Positions 6,266 to 14,587 of a DNA stretch of 47,803 bases are shown here, piece after piece; positions within the stretch are counted from its first letter, which is position 1; every line of letters starts with the position of its first letter. Source of the DNA: an uncultured Candidatus Saccharibacteria bacterium (GTDB lineage Bacteria > Patescibacteriota > Saccharimonadia > Saccharimonadales > 2-12-FULL-41-12); contig CAZXTF010000002.1 in the NCBI GenBank assembly GCA_964643605.1, positions 11,282-59,084 of the forward strand. Direction: 5' to 3'. Both the position numbers and the translations under genes were made by a program. The notes under the pieces were generated by a model. The model made no database searches, was not told the origin of the DNA, and saw only the letters and a program-made list of their open reading frames with translations.

Positions 6266-7201
6266 TTACGGATTGAGCTCGGATTCGACGGCTTTTGTTA
6301 TCTGAGCAATTTGCGTAAAGTTACCACCTTTGCTCATCACAACAATCACGTATGAGCGCTTGCCATGCGTGACAATACCAGCATCATGTGTGACGGTCTC
6401 TGTCTGGCCAGTTTTGTTGGCTGTACGACAGTTGGTGCAACCAGAAGGTAATCCTTCGGTAAATTTCTGGGCATAGAGTGAATCAAAGACAAGGCGACGG
6501 GCTTTATCGCTAAGCATTTTACCTTTTTTGAGGTTTACGAGGAGATCTCCTACTTCGCTGGCTGTCGTCTGTGGCGTACCATTTAGTGTAGTCTTGCTGT
6601 AGCCAAGGCTTTTGTTGAACTGGTCGATGTAGTTCCAGTTGACCATTGAGCCGATAAATCGAGCACAGTCGTTGTCTGAAACACGAAGCATGCTGTCGAC
6701 ACAGTCATCTAGTTTTGTATTACCGATATGATAATATTGCCACTTATTAGTCGGGGTTTTGCTCTCAAGTGGTGCTAGAAGAAACAGTTTGGATAAGCTA
6801 GCAGCGTCATATACTTGATCGGCGTTTATATTGGCAGCCCTACCAGTATCGAGGTCTTGTACGTAGACGGACCATTGCTGCTGCTCTGGAAACTCTTTTA
6901 TAACTTTATTAATAGAACTTTCGAGGGCTTTGTCTTGTTTTGGCAGGCTTGTTGCCACAGGAATACTGTCGTCGGTAACTTGTGGGTTTGGTGCATTCTC
7001 GGTAGCCTCAACTGCCTGGTTATTACGAACTGTGCTGGCAAAGACTGACACAATATCGGCCCTTATAAGCCCGCCAGCAAGCAACAGCATGGCAAAAACA
7101 CCAACTGTGTTACGTAATTTGTGAGAGGTGCGTGTTACGCCTCGTCTGTAGTGGAAATGGGCTGGCTTTTTTAACCCAGAACCCAGGGTTTGTTTCCTCA
7201 T
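6266..7201 (-). CDS. membrane-anchored class A beta-lactamase-like serine hydrolase
   Basis: SxxK (ASLSK), SDN (RVSDND) and KTG (NKTGQT) motifs in the canonical order, plus an N-terminal TM segment. Confidence 0.7.
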   Translation of the reverse strand: MRKQTLGSGLKKPAHFHYRRGVTRTSHKLRNTVGVFAMLLLAGGLIRADIVSVFASTVRNNQAVEATENAPNPQVTDDSIPVATSLPKQDKALESSINKVIKEFPEQQQWSVYVQDLDTGRAANINADQVYDAASLSKLFLLAPLESKTPTNKWQYYHIGNTKLDDCVDSMLRVSDNDCARFIGSMVNWNYIDQFNKSLGYSKTTLNGTPQTTASEVGDLLVNLKKGKMLSDKARRLVFDSLYAQKFTEGLPSGCTNCRTANKTGQTETVTHDAGIVTHGKRSYVIVVMSKGGNFTQIAQITKAVESELNP

Positions 7202-7368
7202 AGTTTTTGTCTCGTTTTTTAGTGTTCGATTTTAAATTTTAGCCGTGTTTTTATCTGTTGGCCTTATACCTGGTACAGTAGCACAAGCATATGCATGATG
7301 CAAACATTTTTTATACAATTTTGTGCTTTTTGGGCTTCTACTAAGCGAACAAATTTTTGTGTATGTGC

Positions 7369-8025
7369 TTACCAATTGAGTATTATTTTTTTGGTAATCT
7401 CCACCGCCTGCTCATGAGTCGGTATGCTATTGTCCTCGTAATAGTGGTCGGTGGCCATATAATTTTCGATTACACCCATACAAAAAATTTCGTCAGCGGC
7501 TAAATGCATGTAATCAACTACCGACAATGTGGCGATTGGCGTGGCTATAATAATTTTTCGAACTGCAATTGGTTTTAAGAAATCCACAGCTATTTCGAGC
7601 TTTAGCGGATCCTTTACGCCATCCGAAACCAAAATAATTTCATGTCGTTTGAGCAATTGCTTATTGATAACACCATCTCGGCCGATGATTCGATTGAGTT
7701 TTTGGAATGCCCTCAAGCGCTCTTGATCAATCACCTGACGGTAATCACTTTTGATCTCTTCTATCTGGCCTGAGGAATACAGGCTATTGTACATAAAGTT
7801 TCCTTCGGACGAGGTGATTCCTGCTGTACCCTCTCCTGGGATATCTATATTTTCGGTTTTGAGAATGTACATGGCGGCATGAATACGACGAGATATCTCC
7901 GCTCCAACCAATGCGCCACCTTCATCCAAAGTGATAACTGCAGGATTTACATAAAATGCACCTGCTGCTCTGATTTTCTCGGCCAATAGGCGGCCAGCCT
8001 CACTCCGGTCTTTAAAATAGTGCAT
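7369..8025 (-). CDS. phosphoribosyltransferase-like protein (degenerate PRPP loop)
   Basis: The MHYFKDRSEAGRLLAEKI N-terminus is typical of the COG1926 PRTase-like family. The PRPP-loop position reads ILVSDGVKDPLK instead of VDDGxATG. Confidence 0.5.
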   Translation of the reverse strand: MHYFKDRSEAGRLLAEKIRAAGAFYVNPAVITLDEGGALVGAEISRRIHAAMYILKTENIDIPGEGTAGITSSEGNFMYNSLYSSGQIEEIKSDYRQVIDQERLRAFQKLNRIIGRDGVINKQLLKRHEIILVSDGVKDPLKLEIAVDFLKPIAVRKIIIATPIATLSVVDYMHLAADEIFCMGVIENYMATDHYYEDNSIPTHEQAVEITKKIILNW

Positions 8026-8052
8026 CGTTGGGGGTATTTTAGCACAAACGGT

Positions 8053-8775
8053 TTAGCTTCTTGGTAAGGCCTTTAAGGAGTAGAAGCGCTCCTGATTGCC
8101 CTTCTCGCCCATTACTTTGCTGTCTGACTTATCAATAATCTTGAAATACTTGGTGGCCCAATTTTCAAAATCTTTTAGGATTTGGCGGCGCATTTTGTCA
8201 TTTTTTATTACACCTTTATGTTTAAGGGAGTCGCCAGCTTCAAACTGGGGCTTCACCATTGCAATAATGAGGGCTTTTTGGCCAGCCAAGTTGGCAATGT
8301 GAGGTAACACCTCTCGAAGAGATATAAAAGATACATCGATTACTACAATATCAACCGAGCTACTAAGTTTAGAAACATCTCGAATGTCTGTCTGCTCATG
8401 CAGCTCTATATTTGTATTAGTTCGGAGACTTGGGTGCAGTTGATTTGTGCCTACATCTACCGCAATAACTTTGCGAGCGCCACGGCTTAGAGCAAAATCG
8501 GTAAACCCTCCAGTACTACTACCCACATCTAGGACTACCTGGTTTTTAAAATTAAGGGAGAGGTCTGCTGCAACAGAGGCCAGCTTAAGTCCAGCCCGAG
8601 AAACATACTGCTCTTTTGCCAAGAGTTTCATACGGTCTTTTGGCTGTACATTGTGCCCCGTTTTAGTTACGACACTACCGTTTACCTGAACTTGCCCCAA
8701 GCGGATATAACTCTCAGCCTGGCTTCTTGTGCTTACCAAACCTCTGTTTAATAACTCTTTATCGAGCCTACTCAT
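8053..8775 (-). CDS. tlyA: TlyA-family rRNA 2'-O-methyltransferase
   Basis: S4-like N-terminus (RLDKELLNRGLVSTRSQAESYIRLGQVQVNG) and the SAM motif VLDVGSSTGGFTD. Confidence 0.88.
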   Translation of the reverse strand: MSRLDKELLNRGLVSTRSQAESYIRLGQVQVNGSVVTKTGHNVQPKDRMKLLAKEQYVSRAGLKLASVAADLSLNFKNQVVLDVGSSTGGFTDFALSRGARKVIAVDVGTNQLHPSLRTNTNIELHEQTDIRDVSKLSSSVDIVVIDVSFISLREVLPHIANLAGQKALIIAMVKPQFEAGDSLKHKGVIKNDKMRRQILKDFENWATKYFKIIDKSDSKVMGEKGNQERFYSLKALPRS

Positions 8776-8789
8776 CTTTATACAATACG

Positions 8790-8984
8790 CTAGTTTCGTA
8801 TTTCGGCAATATAGCTCTGTATTGCCCCACGAAGAACCCTGCTCCTCCGAAGATCTTCTTTGCTTACGGGAGAATTCTCAGATCTAAGAGGCTCTCCTTC
8901 ACTAAAGTCTTGATGCTCAGCTATTGCACCCTCAACAGTTTGAGAACCCTCTGTTGCCTCTACTAATCTATTTCTTTCGCTCAC
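8790..8984 (-). CDS. small hypothetical protein (64 aa)
   Basis: GTG start at 8982-8984, preceded by a perfect AGGAGG (8990-8995, minus) with 5-nt spacing. The SD lies inside the efp 3' end. The ORF fills the efp-tlyA gap. Confidence 0.5.
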   Translation of the reverse strand: MSERNRLVEATEGSQTVEGAIAEHQDFSEGEPLRSENSPVSKEDLRRSRVLRGAIQSYIAEIRN

Positions 8985-9531
8985 GATATCCTCCTGTTGC
9001 TGTATCTACACTTATTATGTCGCCAGTTTTTATGAAAGCCGGAACCTTTACCACCGCTCCTGTCTCGAGTGTTGCATCTTTGGTAATCGAACTTGTGGTG
9101 TCACCTTTTACTGCATCTTCGGTGTAGGTTACTTCTAGATAAACATTTTTGGGTAAGTCTACGCTGATAATCTGTCCGTTATAGCTTTGAGTTTGTACTT
9201 TATCACCTTCTTTCAAGTATACTGCTGGGTCGCCTACAATATCTGCCGCTATTTCGTGGGTTTCAAAAGTATTGTCATCCATAAAGAAGTACGTATTGCC
9301 CTCTTTATAGAGATATTGAGCATTTCCATTGGCTACATCAGCCTGGGCAATAGATTCGTTGCCCTTAAAAGTTTTGTCGAGAACTTTGCCGTCGATAAGA
9401 CTCTTGATCTTTACATTAACAATTGAGCCACCTCGACCAAGAACTTTCTGACCATACTCAACTACCCGGTACGGCGTACCGTCCAGTTCAAAAATAGTGC
9501 CTTTTTTAAGGTCTGTTATGCCAAATGCCAA
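8968..9531 (-). CDS. efp: elongation factor P
   Basis: LKKGTIFELDGTPYRVVEYGQKVLGRGGSIVNVKIK, 187 aa. The start codon appears to be TTG. Confidence 0.93.
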   Translation of the reverse strand: MAFGITDLKKGTIFELDGTPYRVVEYGQKVLGRGGSIVNVKIKSLIDGKVLDKTFKGNESIAQADVANGNAQYLYKEGNTYFFMDDNTFETHEIAADIVGDPAVYLKEGDKVQTQSYNGQIISVDLPKNVYLEVTYTEDAVKGDTTSSITKDATLETGAVVKVPAFIKTGDIISVDTATGGYRERKK

Positions 9532-9536
9532 AAGAA

Positions 9537-9740
9537 CTATCCTTTAACTACGAATGGTAACAATGCCAAGTGACGAGCTCGCTTGATAGCGACTGCTAGG
9601 TGTCGCTGCTGACTTTCGGTAAGACCAGTTTTTTTACGGCTCTCGATCTGTCCATATTGGTTTACATAGCGCTGCAAAGTTTTAAAATCTTTGTAGTCAA
9701 AAAAAGCTACGTCTGTTCGGTGTTTAAATATTTTTGCCAT
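9537..9740 (-). CDS. rpsR: 30S ribosomal protein S18
   Basis: [50 protein letters not shown]. Confidence 0.95.
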   Translation of the reverse strand: MAKIFKHRTDVAFFDYKDFKTLQRYVNQYGQIESRKKTGLTESQQRHLAVAIKRARHLALLPFVVKG

Positions 9741-9795
9741 CTCTAAATTCCTTTCTACTTAAATATTTATTGGTTTCTAACTTTTTGCTTGAGAT

Positions 9796-9804
9796 ATTTT
9801 AACA
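9796..9804 (-). promoter_or_regulatory. extended -10 (TGTTAAAAT) upstream of rpsR
   Basis: The minus strand reads TGTTAAAAT at 9804-9796, about 55 nt upstream of the rpsR ATG. The same 9-mer occurs upstream of the 14200 gene. Confidence 0.4.
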
Positions 9805-9810
9805 ACTTAG

Positions 9811-9909
9811 CTTGGGTGCAATGCAAGGAAGGTGTCGAGAACCGAACGACCTGTACTCTCCGTACAGGGAGAGAGGATCACAGACTTCCTGACACCGCAG
9901 TGCCCCAAG
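9811..9909. ncRNA. unclassified ~99-nt structured element between ssb and rpsR
   Basis: The closing helix joins 9811-9820 and 9901-9909 (9 bp plus one bulge) and is extended by TGC/GCA and GGTGTC/GACACC. Inner hairpins are mutually exclusive: CCTGTAC/GTACAGG versus CTCTCC/GGAGAG. AGGAAG (9826-9831) can alternatively pair with CTTCCT (9885-9890). Confidence 0.4.
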
Positions 9910-9910
9910 A

Positions 9911-9953
9911 GCATTTACAGCGTTGCCAGCTCTGCTGGTAAGCAGGTAAATGC
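9911..9953 (-). other. stem-loop directly after the ssb stop codon (possible attenuating terminator)
   Basis: GCATTTAC (9911-9918) pairs with GTAAATGC (9946-9953) over 8 bp and encloses a CCAGC-AGA-GCTGG hairpin. Only a weak U-tract follows on the minus strand. Confidence 0.35.
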
Positions 9954-9963
9954 GACTAAGTTG

Positions 9964-10428
9964 TTAAAATGGGACGTCGTCGAGGTTGATAGGCTCATCA
10001 CCTACATCCTCAATTACTACGTCTTTTTTCTTGCTTTTTGATGCTGGAGTATCATCTGTTGCTGGGCTTGCAGGAGTAAAATCTCCTCCGCTTTCACCTC
10101 GAGAACCTAAGAATGTTACATCTTGTGCCACAACTTCGAGCTTGCTACGTTTTTGACCATCTTGCTCCCAAGATCGGCTCTGCAAACGTCCGTTTACAAG
10201 CACTGGTCGGCCTTTTGTCACATATTGTGCAACACGCTCACCCAAAGGACCCCAGGCAACAATGTCTACGTAATCTGTTGCTTCTTTCCAGTCACCATCT
10301 TGACCCTTATAACTACGATTGAGCGCCAAACTAAAGCTTGTTACACTCTGCCCACTCGGAATCTGTCGTAGCTCCGGGTCTCTTGTTAAATTACCCATTA
10401 AAATTACTTGGTTAAAACTTCGTGCCAT
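9964..10428 (-). CDS. ssb: single-stranded DNA-binding protein
   Basis: MARSFNQVILMGNLTRDPELR OB-fold start and an acidic tail ending DDVPF. GAGGGGAG SD lies before the ATG at 10428. The longer track ORF start at 10452 is rejected. Confidence 0.93.
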   Translation of the reverse strand: MARSFNQVILMGNLTRDPELRQIPSGQSVTSFSLALNRSYKGQDGDWKEATDYVDIVAWGPLGERVAQYVTKGRPVLVNGRLQSRSWEQDGQKRSKLEVVAQDVTFLGSRGESGGDFTPASPATDDTPASKSKKKDVVIEDVGDEPINLDDVPF

Positions 10429-10481
10429 TTTGTTGCACTCCCCTCTCTGCAAACTATGTGCAGTTAATTAGTAAGTATATA

Positions 10482-10859
10482 TTACTCTTTATCTTCGTTT
10501 TCGTCAGCTGTTTCACTACGTTCGGCAGCCTTTTTGGCTTTTTCTGCTTTAGCTTCTTCTGCCTTAGCAATTGCCTTGAGGTCTGGCCGAGTGATGAGAT
10601 ACCGAATAACTTCATCGGTAATATTGAGCGTTGACTCTACTTTTTGCACACCTTCACCCGGCATTTCTACCGTATAGAACACGTACACAGCATGGTCATG
10701 CTTGGCAATTGGATACGCAAGTTTTTTCTTGCCCCAATTGTCTTCGGCCGTAACTTTACCACCGTTGTCGGTAATAAGTTTTTTGACCTTAGCTTCTGCT
10801 TTACTGAGATCAACTTCTAGCTGCGGGTCATAAAGCACCGCAATCTCGTACTGATTCAT
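10482..10859 (-). CDS. rpsF: 30S ribosomal protein S6
   Basis: MNQYEIAVLYDPQ... with AAAGGAG SD before the ATG at 10859, plus an acidic/lysine-rich C-terminal tail. Confidence 0.92.
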   Translation of the reverse strand: MNQYEIAVLYDPQLEVDLSKAEAKVKKLITDNGGKVTAEDNWGKKKLAYPIAKHDHAVYVFYTVEMPGEGVQKVESTLNITDEVIRYLITRPDLKAIAKAEEAKAEKAKKAAERSETADENEDKE

Positions 10860-10956
10860 CTTCAGCTCCTTTTGGTTAAAGCCTACGCACACTAGCAGTC
10901 GTAAGCTGGGCTAATATTGTAGGACTATTTTACCACACTTAACAGATACGAGCAAC

Positions 10957-11721
10957 CTAGTACGTCCCTACTAAATTTTCCTCTACAGTTTCCGAGAAGT
11001 ACTCTAGGTGGTTCAAGCGAATAGTTTGCTTAGTATTCCAATAGAAAGTTCTGGGTTTTGGTTTGGCAATCAGGCCTTGATCTTTTAGCTCTTTCTCTTC
11101 GTCATACAATCCGACATTATCCAGAGACAAATCTACTGCTCCACCCAACATCGTTCGGGCAATCTCTCGCTTGCGAACATAATCTGTCCGTCGATCGAGG
11201 AACTGCTCTATAACTAGCTCGTCCACCACACCCGTGATTTTTTGCCTGGCGGCATAGTCTGCCAAGAACCTAGCTATGGGTTTTCGCTGGTCGATTGCAG
11301 TGTTCTGGGCAATCTGCAAATGCTGATCAGGCGTCAAATTAACAATCTCATGCACATTTCTTTCTTTGCCTACGTCGACAGCTTGGATTGGGATAACCCC
11401 TGCCACAGCTTTAACGCCCAGTGCAAATAGCTTGTCTTTTCTATCTTTTCCGTTAGGCAATTCTGGCCCTCTACTAAAGATTTCATGAAAGTTTTTATGA
11501 ACGTACCAGTCGACTTTTTGTATACGAGAATTCTGCAGGGCTTCACCAGCAAGACCCATGCCCCTAACTTTGCGAGCTTCAAACCAAGCATGGTGATTAT
11601 TCGCAGGTATATCTTCAGGCAAATGAGGATACAAAAAGGCCCCGTTTTCACGGGGCCCTGGGGGAAGGATCGGTAACGGTAGTCCCGTTACTTCGCAAGT
11701 TGGAGCAAACTCCTTTGCCAT
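10957..11721 (-). CDS. hypothetical protein with possible HNH-like (His-Me finger) motif
   Basis: Start MAKEF at 11721 follows AAGGGAAGGA SD. The N-terminal region has NNHH(43-44)...N64...H75..FH79 with HNH-like spacing. The remaining ~170 aa are unrecognised. Confidence 0.6.
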   Translation of the reverse strand: MAKEFAPTCEVTGLPLPILPPGPRENGAFLYPHLPEDIPANNHHAWFEARKVRGMGLAGEALQNSRIQKVDWYVHKNFHEIFSRGPELPNGKDRKDKLFALGVKAVAGVIPIQAVDVGKERNVHEIVNLTPDQHLQIAQNTAIDQRKPIARFLADYAARQKITGVVDELVIEQFLDRRTDYVRKREIARTMLGGAVDLSLDNVGLYDEEKELKDQGLIAKPKPRTFYWNTKQTIRLNHLEYFSETVEENLVGTY

Positions 11722-11793
11722 ATCCTTCCCTTTCTTTTTGTGGATGTTTATTGTACTTCCAATATACCTACTTTGGCGAGTTCCTGTCAACGC

Positions 11794-13980
11794 TTACGCT
11801 TCGTTGTCGGGCATGTCGTCATAGACATCGCCGTCTGGATTGCTGTTACCAAACACGTCGTCCATGCTGTTAATCAGCACTTCACGAGGACGAGCTCCAT
11901 CGGCTGGACCCACAATACCTTGCTCTTCCATAGCTTCGATTAAACGAGCTGCTCGAGCATAGCCCACACGCAGGCGTCGCTGCAGCAAACTGGTACTGGC
12001 TTTACGGCCTTCTACCACAACCTGCACGGCATCTCGCCACATGTCATCGTCAGCATCTTGGCCACCATGGTCGGCTACAATACCGCCCTTGCCATTGAGC
12101 TGTACTGGCTGGCTAATTACTTCATCGTCGTATTGTGGCGGTCGTTGTTCACGAATAAAGTCGGTCACCTTACCTGTTTCAGCATCTGATATAAAGGCCG
12201 CTTGGACACGCCGTGGTTTTGGCATATTTGAGTTCAATAAAAGCATATCACCTTGACCCAACAACTTTTCGGCGCCCATTTGGTCGATAATAGTTCGAGA
12301 ATCTACCTGGCTTTGTGTGGTAAAGGCAATCCGCCCTGGCACATTAGCCTTAATAAGACCGGTGATAACATCGACACTCGGACGCTGGGTCGCTAGCACC
12401 AAGTGAATACCAGCGGCTCGAGCCTTTTGGGCTAAGCGCACAATCAACGCCTCAACATCACGAGCGGCCATCATCATAAGATCGGCCAGCTCGTCAATGA
12501 CGATAACGATGTACGGCATACCCTCTTCGTCTTTGAGCTTGTTGTACTCACCAATATTACGTTTGCCTCGCCCAGCCATTGTTTTAAGGCGCCGTTCCAT
12601 CTCGGCAACGGCCCATTTGAGTGCACTAATACATTTCTCTGGCTCGTTAATTACTGGGGTTAGGAGATGTGGAATATCGTTGTATGGTGTTAGCTCGACC
12701 TGTTTTGGATCTACCAAAATAAGTTTTAGATCCGCCGGACTATTACGATACAAAAGACTAGTGAGGATATCGTTGATCATCACTGATTTACCAGAGCCAG
12801 TCTGGCCGGCCACCAAAAGGTGTGGTAGCGTTGCCAGATCACCCAAGATTGGTGCTCCAGCAATATCTTTACCTATCACAAACTCCAGCGGGCTCTTAGC
12901 AGTTTGCCACTCTGGTGAAGATAAAATACTGCTAATACGCACAGTAGCTGGCTTAAAGTTTGGCACCTCTATACCAACCAAGCGCTTACCAGGAATTGGC
13001 GCTTCAATTCTAATAGAATGGGCCGCCAGATCGAGCGCCAAGTTGTTCTCTAGAGCGGTAATTTTGGTTAGTTTTACCCCTGTTGGCGGCTTAAGTGTGT
13101 ACTGCGTTACTCGTGGCCCAACATTGGCTCCATCCATATCAACAGAAATATTAAAGTTATTGAATGTATCCTTAATAAGCTGCGCATTACCCTGCACGTC
13201 ACCAGCATCTGCTTTATCCTGTTTTTGATTAAGTAAGTTGAGCGAAGGCAGCTTCCAGTCTGGGTCGCTAGCAGTAGTTAGTGCCTCGTGATTTTCGCTA
13301 GCAGACAATTTGGCGGCAGTATTTTTAAGACTACTCAAACGAGGAGCTTCGCTTGGCGGATTATGCTCTGTCGGCACACCCTCGTTAAGCTTAAATTTGT
13401 TTTCTTGTTTGAGCGACTCAAGATCTGTATCGGCTGGCTTTTCTTTCTTCTTAAAGGGTTTTGCCAGCTTGAGCAGTACCTTTGGAGAAATATGAAAGGT
13501 TAGAAAAAACGCCAAAATTGCCAAAACAAAGAACAGCAAACTTGCCGGTACTTTATTAAGAGCTAGCAGTGTGGCGTTACCAATGGCTGCACCAAAATAT
13601 CCGCCATGACCACCAGTGTTACCGCTAGCTGCAACAGTTACAAACATAGTATGAGTAGCTGTGGCAGCAGCCAGCAAAAAGCCCGTCATAGCGGCAAACC
13701 TATCTAGTGGGACACGACGGTCTTCGCTGGTAAACTTGAGCCATCCGAAGAGCACTAGGGCAAATGGCAAGAAATATGCAGTCCACCCAAGTGCCCAGTA
13801 AGCTCCGTTAAACAGATTTACTGGTAGTGTGCCACCCGCACCGAAGCCACCAAGTAGCAAGAAAAAAGCCAGGACCATCAGCAAGATCGCCCCAGAGAGT
13901 GGCCAAAATGCAGAACTAGAAGACTCAGAAGCCTTCTTGGGTGATGCTTTCTTTGATTTAGATTTTTTCTTTTTTGCCAT
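11794..13980 (-). CDS. ftsK: DNA translocase FtsK/SpoIIIE
   Basis: N-terminal TM helices, Walker A GQTGSGKS, Walker B VIVIDELADLMM, and a C-terminal gamma winged-helix (SLLQRRLRVGYARAARLIE). Start MAKKKKSK at 13980. Confidence 0.93.
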   Translation of the reverse strand: MAKKKKSKSKKASPKKASESSSSAFWPLSGAILLMVLAFFLLLGGFGAGGTLPVNLFNGAYWALGWTAYFLPFALVLFGWLKFTSEDRRVPLDRFAAMTGFLLAAATATHTMFVTVAASGNTGGHGGYFGAAIGNATLLALNKVPASLLFFVLAILAFFLTFHISPKVLLKLAKPFKKKEKPADTDLESLKQENKFKLNEGVPTEHNPPSEAPRLSSLKNTAAKLSASENHEALTTASDPDWKLPSLNLLNQKQDKADAGDVQGNAQLIKDTFNNFNISVDMDGANVGPRVTQYTLKPPTGVKLTKITALENNLALDLAAHSIRIEAPIPGKRLVGIEVPNFKPATVRISSILSSPEWQTAKSPLEFVIGKDIAGAPILGDLATLPHLLVAGQTGSGKSVMINDILTSLLYRNSPADLKLILVDPKQVELTPYNDIPHLLTPVINEPEKCISALKWAVAEMERRLKTMAGRGKRNIGEYNKLKDEEGMPYIVIVIDELADLMMMAARDVEALIVRLAQKARAAGIHLVLATQRPSVDVITGLIKANVPGRIAFTTQSQVDSRTIIDQMGAEKLLGQGDMLLLNSNMPKPRRVQAAFISDAETGKVTDFIREQRPPQYDDEVISQPVQLNGKGGIVADHGGQDADDDMWRDAVQVVVEGRKASTSLLQRRLRVGYARAARLIEAMEEQGIVGPADGARPREVLINSMDDVFGNSNPDGDVYDDMPDNEA

Positions 13981-14038
13981 AAAGCTGTAACTTCTTTTAA
14001 TTAGTATACCACTAGCAGTATTGTTTCTATCTCTAAAT

Positions 14039-14067
14039 ACTATAGCAAAAATTACATCATTTGTCAA
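14039..14067 (-). promoter_or_regulatory. ftsK promoter (TTGACA-17-TATAGT)
   Basis: On the minus strand, -35 = 14062-14067 and -10 = 14039-14044, with an exact 17-nt spacer. Confidence 0.6.
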
Positions 14068-14068
14068 T

Positions 14069-14146
14069 CCAGTAGTAAGCTTTCGAGACCCTATCTCGCA
14101 AGAGATAGGCTGTCCAGCGAGGGCAACTTGAGAAGTCTACTACTGG
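14069..14146 (+). ncRNA. unclassified 78-nt three-way-junction element with GNRA-capped arm
   Basis: P1 joins 14069-14087 and 14127-14146 (about 17 bp with one mismatch and one bulge). P2 is CCTATCTC-GCAA-GAGATAGG (14090-14109). P3 is TGTCC-AGCGA-GGGCA (14111-14125). Junction linkers are 2, 1 and 1 nt. Four G-T wobble positions fit only a plus-strand RNA. Confidence 0.45.
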
Positions 14147-14182
14147 ATCAATCACTATACCCTTTTATTTTTATGAGAAAAG

Positions 14183-14191
14183 TGTTAAAAT
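14183..14191 (+). promoter_or_regulatory. extended -10 (TGTTAAAAT) 8 nt before the ATG at 14200 (leaderless transcript likely)
   Basis: TGTTAAAAT at 14183-14191. No SD lies between it and the ATG. Confidence 0.4.
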
Positions 14192-14199
14192 AGTTTTCT

Positions 14200-14586
14200 A
14201 TGATTTTAGAGAAGCTACATTTAGACAAAGAAAGCCGTCAAGAGCGACGTACGCAACGACAAATTAATATCCAGGCAGATGCAATTGCTGAAGCAATCGC
14301 CTACGGAAAGTATGAGGAGCAAGAGTACAAATTTAATATTGGTCGAACTCCCAACAATATGACTGTTATGAGCTATGCTAAAGAAGTTGCCGAACAAGCG
14401 ATAGGCCCAGCCATGCAACACTACACTCCTTATCATTTGGCTGAGTATGATCAAATTAACACTGCACTAGAGAACGCTGGCAAGGCTGGTGTTGGTTCAG
14501 AAGGACTCGACACTCTACCGCCACCAAACAGAGATGTAACGCTAGCCTTAGGACGAACAACTGTAGCAAAAGTATACAACTTCTAA
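14200..14586 (+). CDS. hypothetical protein
   Basis: 128-aa ORF. The N-terminal third resembles that of the next ORF. Confidence 0.6.
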   Translation: MILEKLHLDKESRQERRTQRQINIQADAIAEAIAYGKYEEQEYKFNIGRTPNNMTVMSYAKEVAEQAIGPAMQHYTPYHLAEYDQINTALENAGKAGVGSEGLDTLPPPNRDVTLALGRTTVAKVYNF

Positions 14587-14587
14587 T

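Noticed and set aside
9811-9909. SRP (4.5S) RNA, 6S RNA or a tRNA as the identity of the ssb/rpsR element. I considered the same for 4495-4600.
   Set aside because: Neither strand contains the conserved SRP domain IV (GGAA tetraloop flanked by AGG / AGCA loops). There is no tRNA cloverleaf. At 99 nt it is too short for 6S. I therefore left it unclassified.
12497-13228. Long antisense ORFs inside core genes: 12497-13228 in ftsK, 17805-18269 in pnp, 20726-21190 across truB, 25335-25829 in polA, 41992-42525 in groEL, and 47108-47440 in valS.
   Set aside because: Each lies fully within a confidently identified gene on the opposite strand. Their translations are Ser/Pro/Leu-rich with no motifs, which is typical of shadow ORFs.
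14069-14146. tRNA, hammerhead or twister ribozyme as the identity of the three-way junction.
   Set aside because: It has only three helices, so it is not a cloverleaf. The junction linkers are 1-2 nt, so the hammerhead CUGAUGA/GAAA core and the twister conserved loops are absent on both strands.
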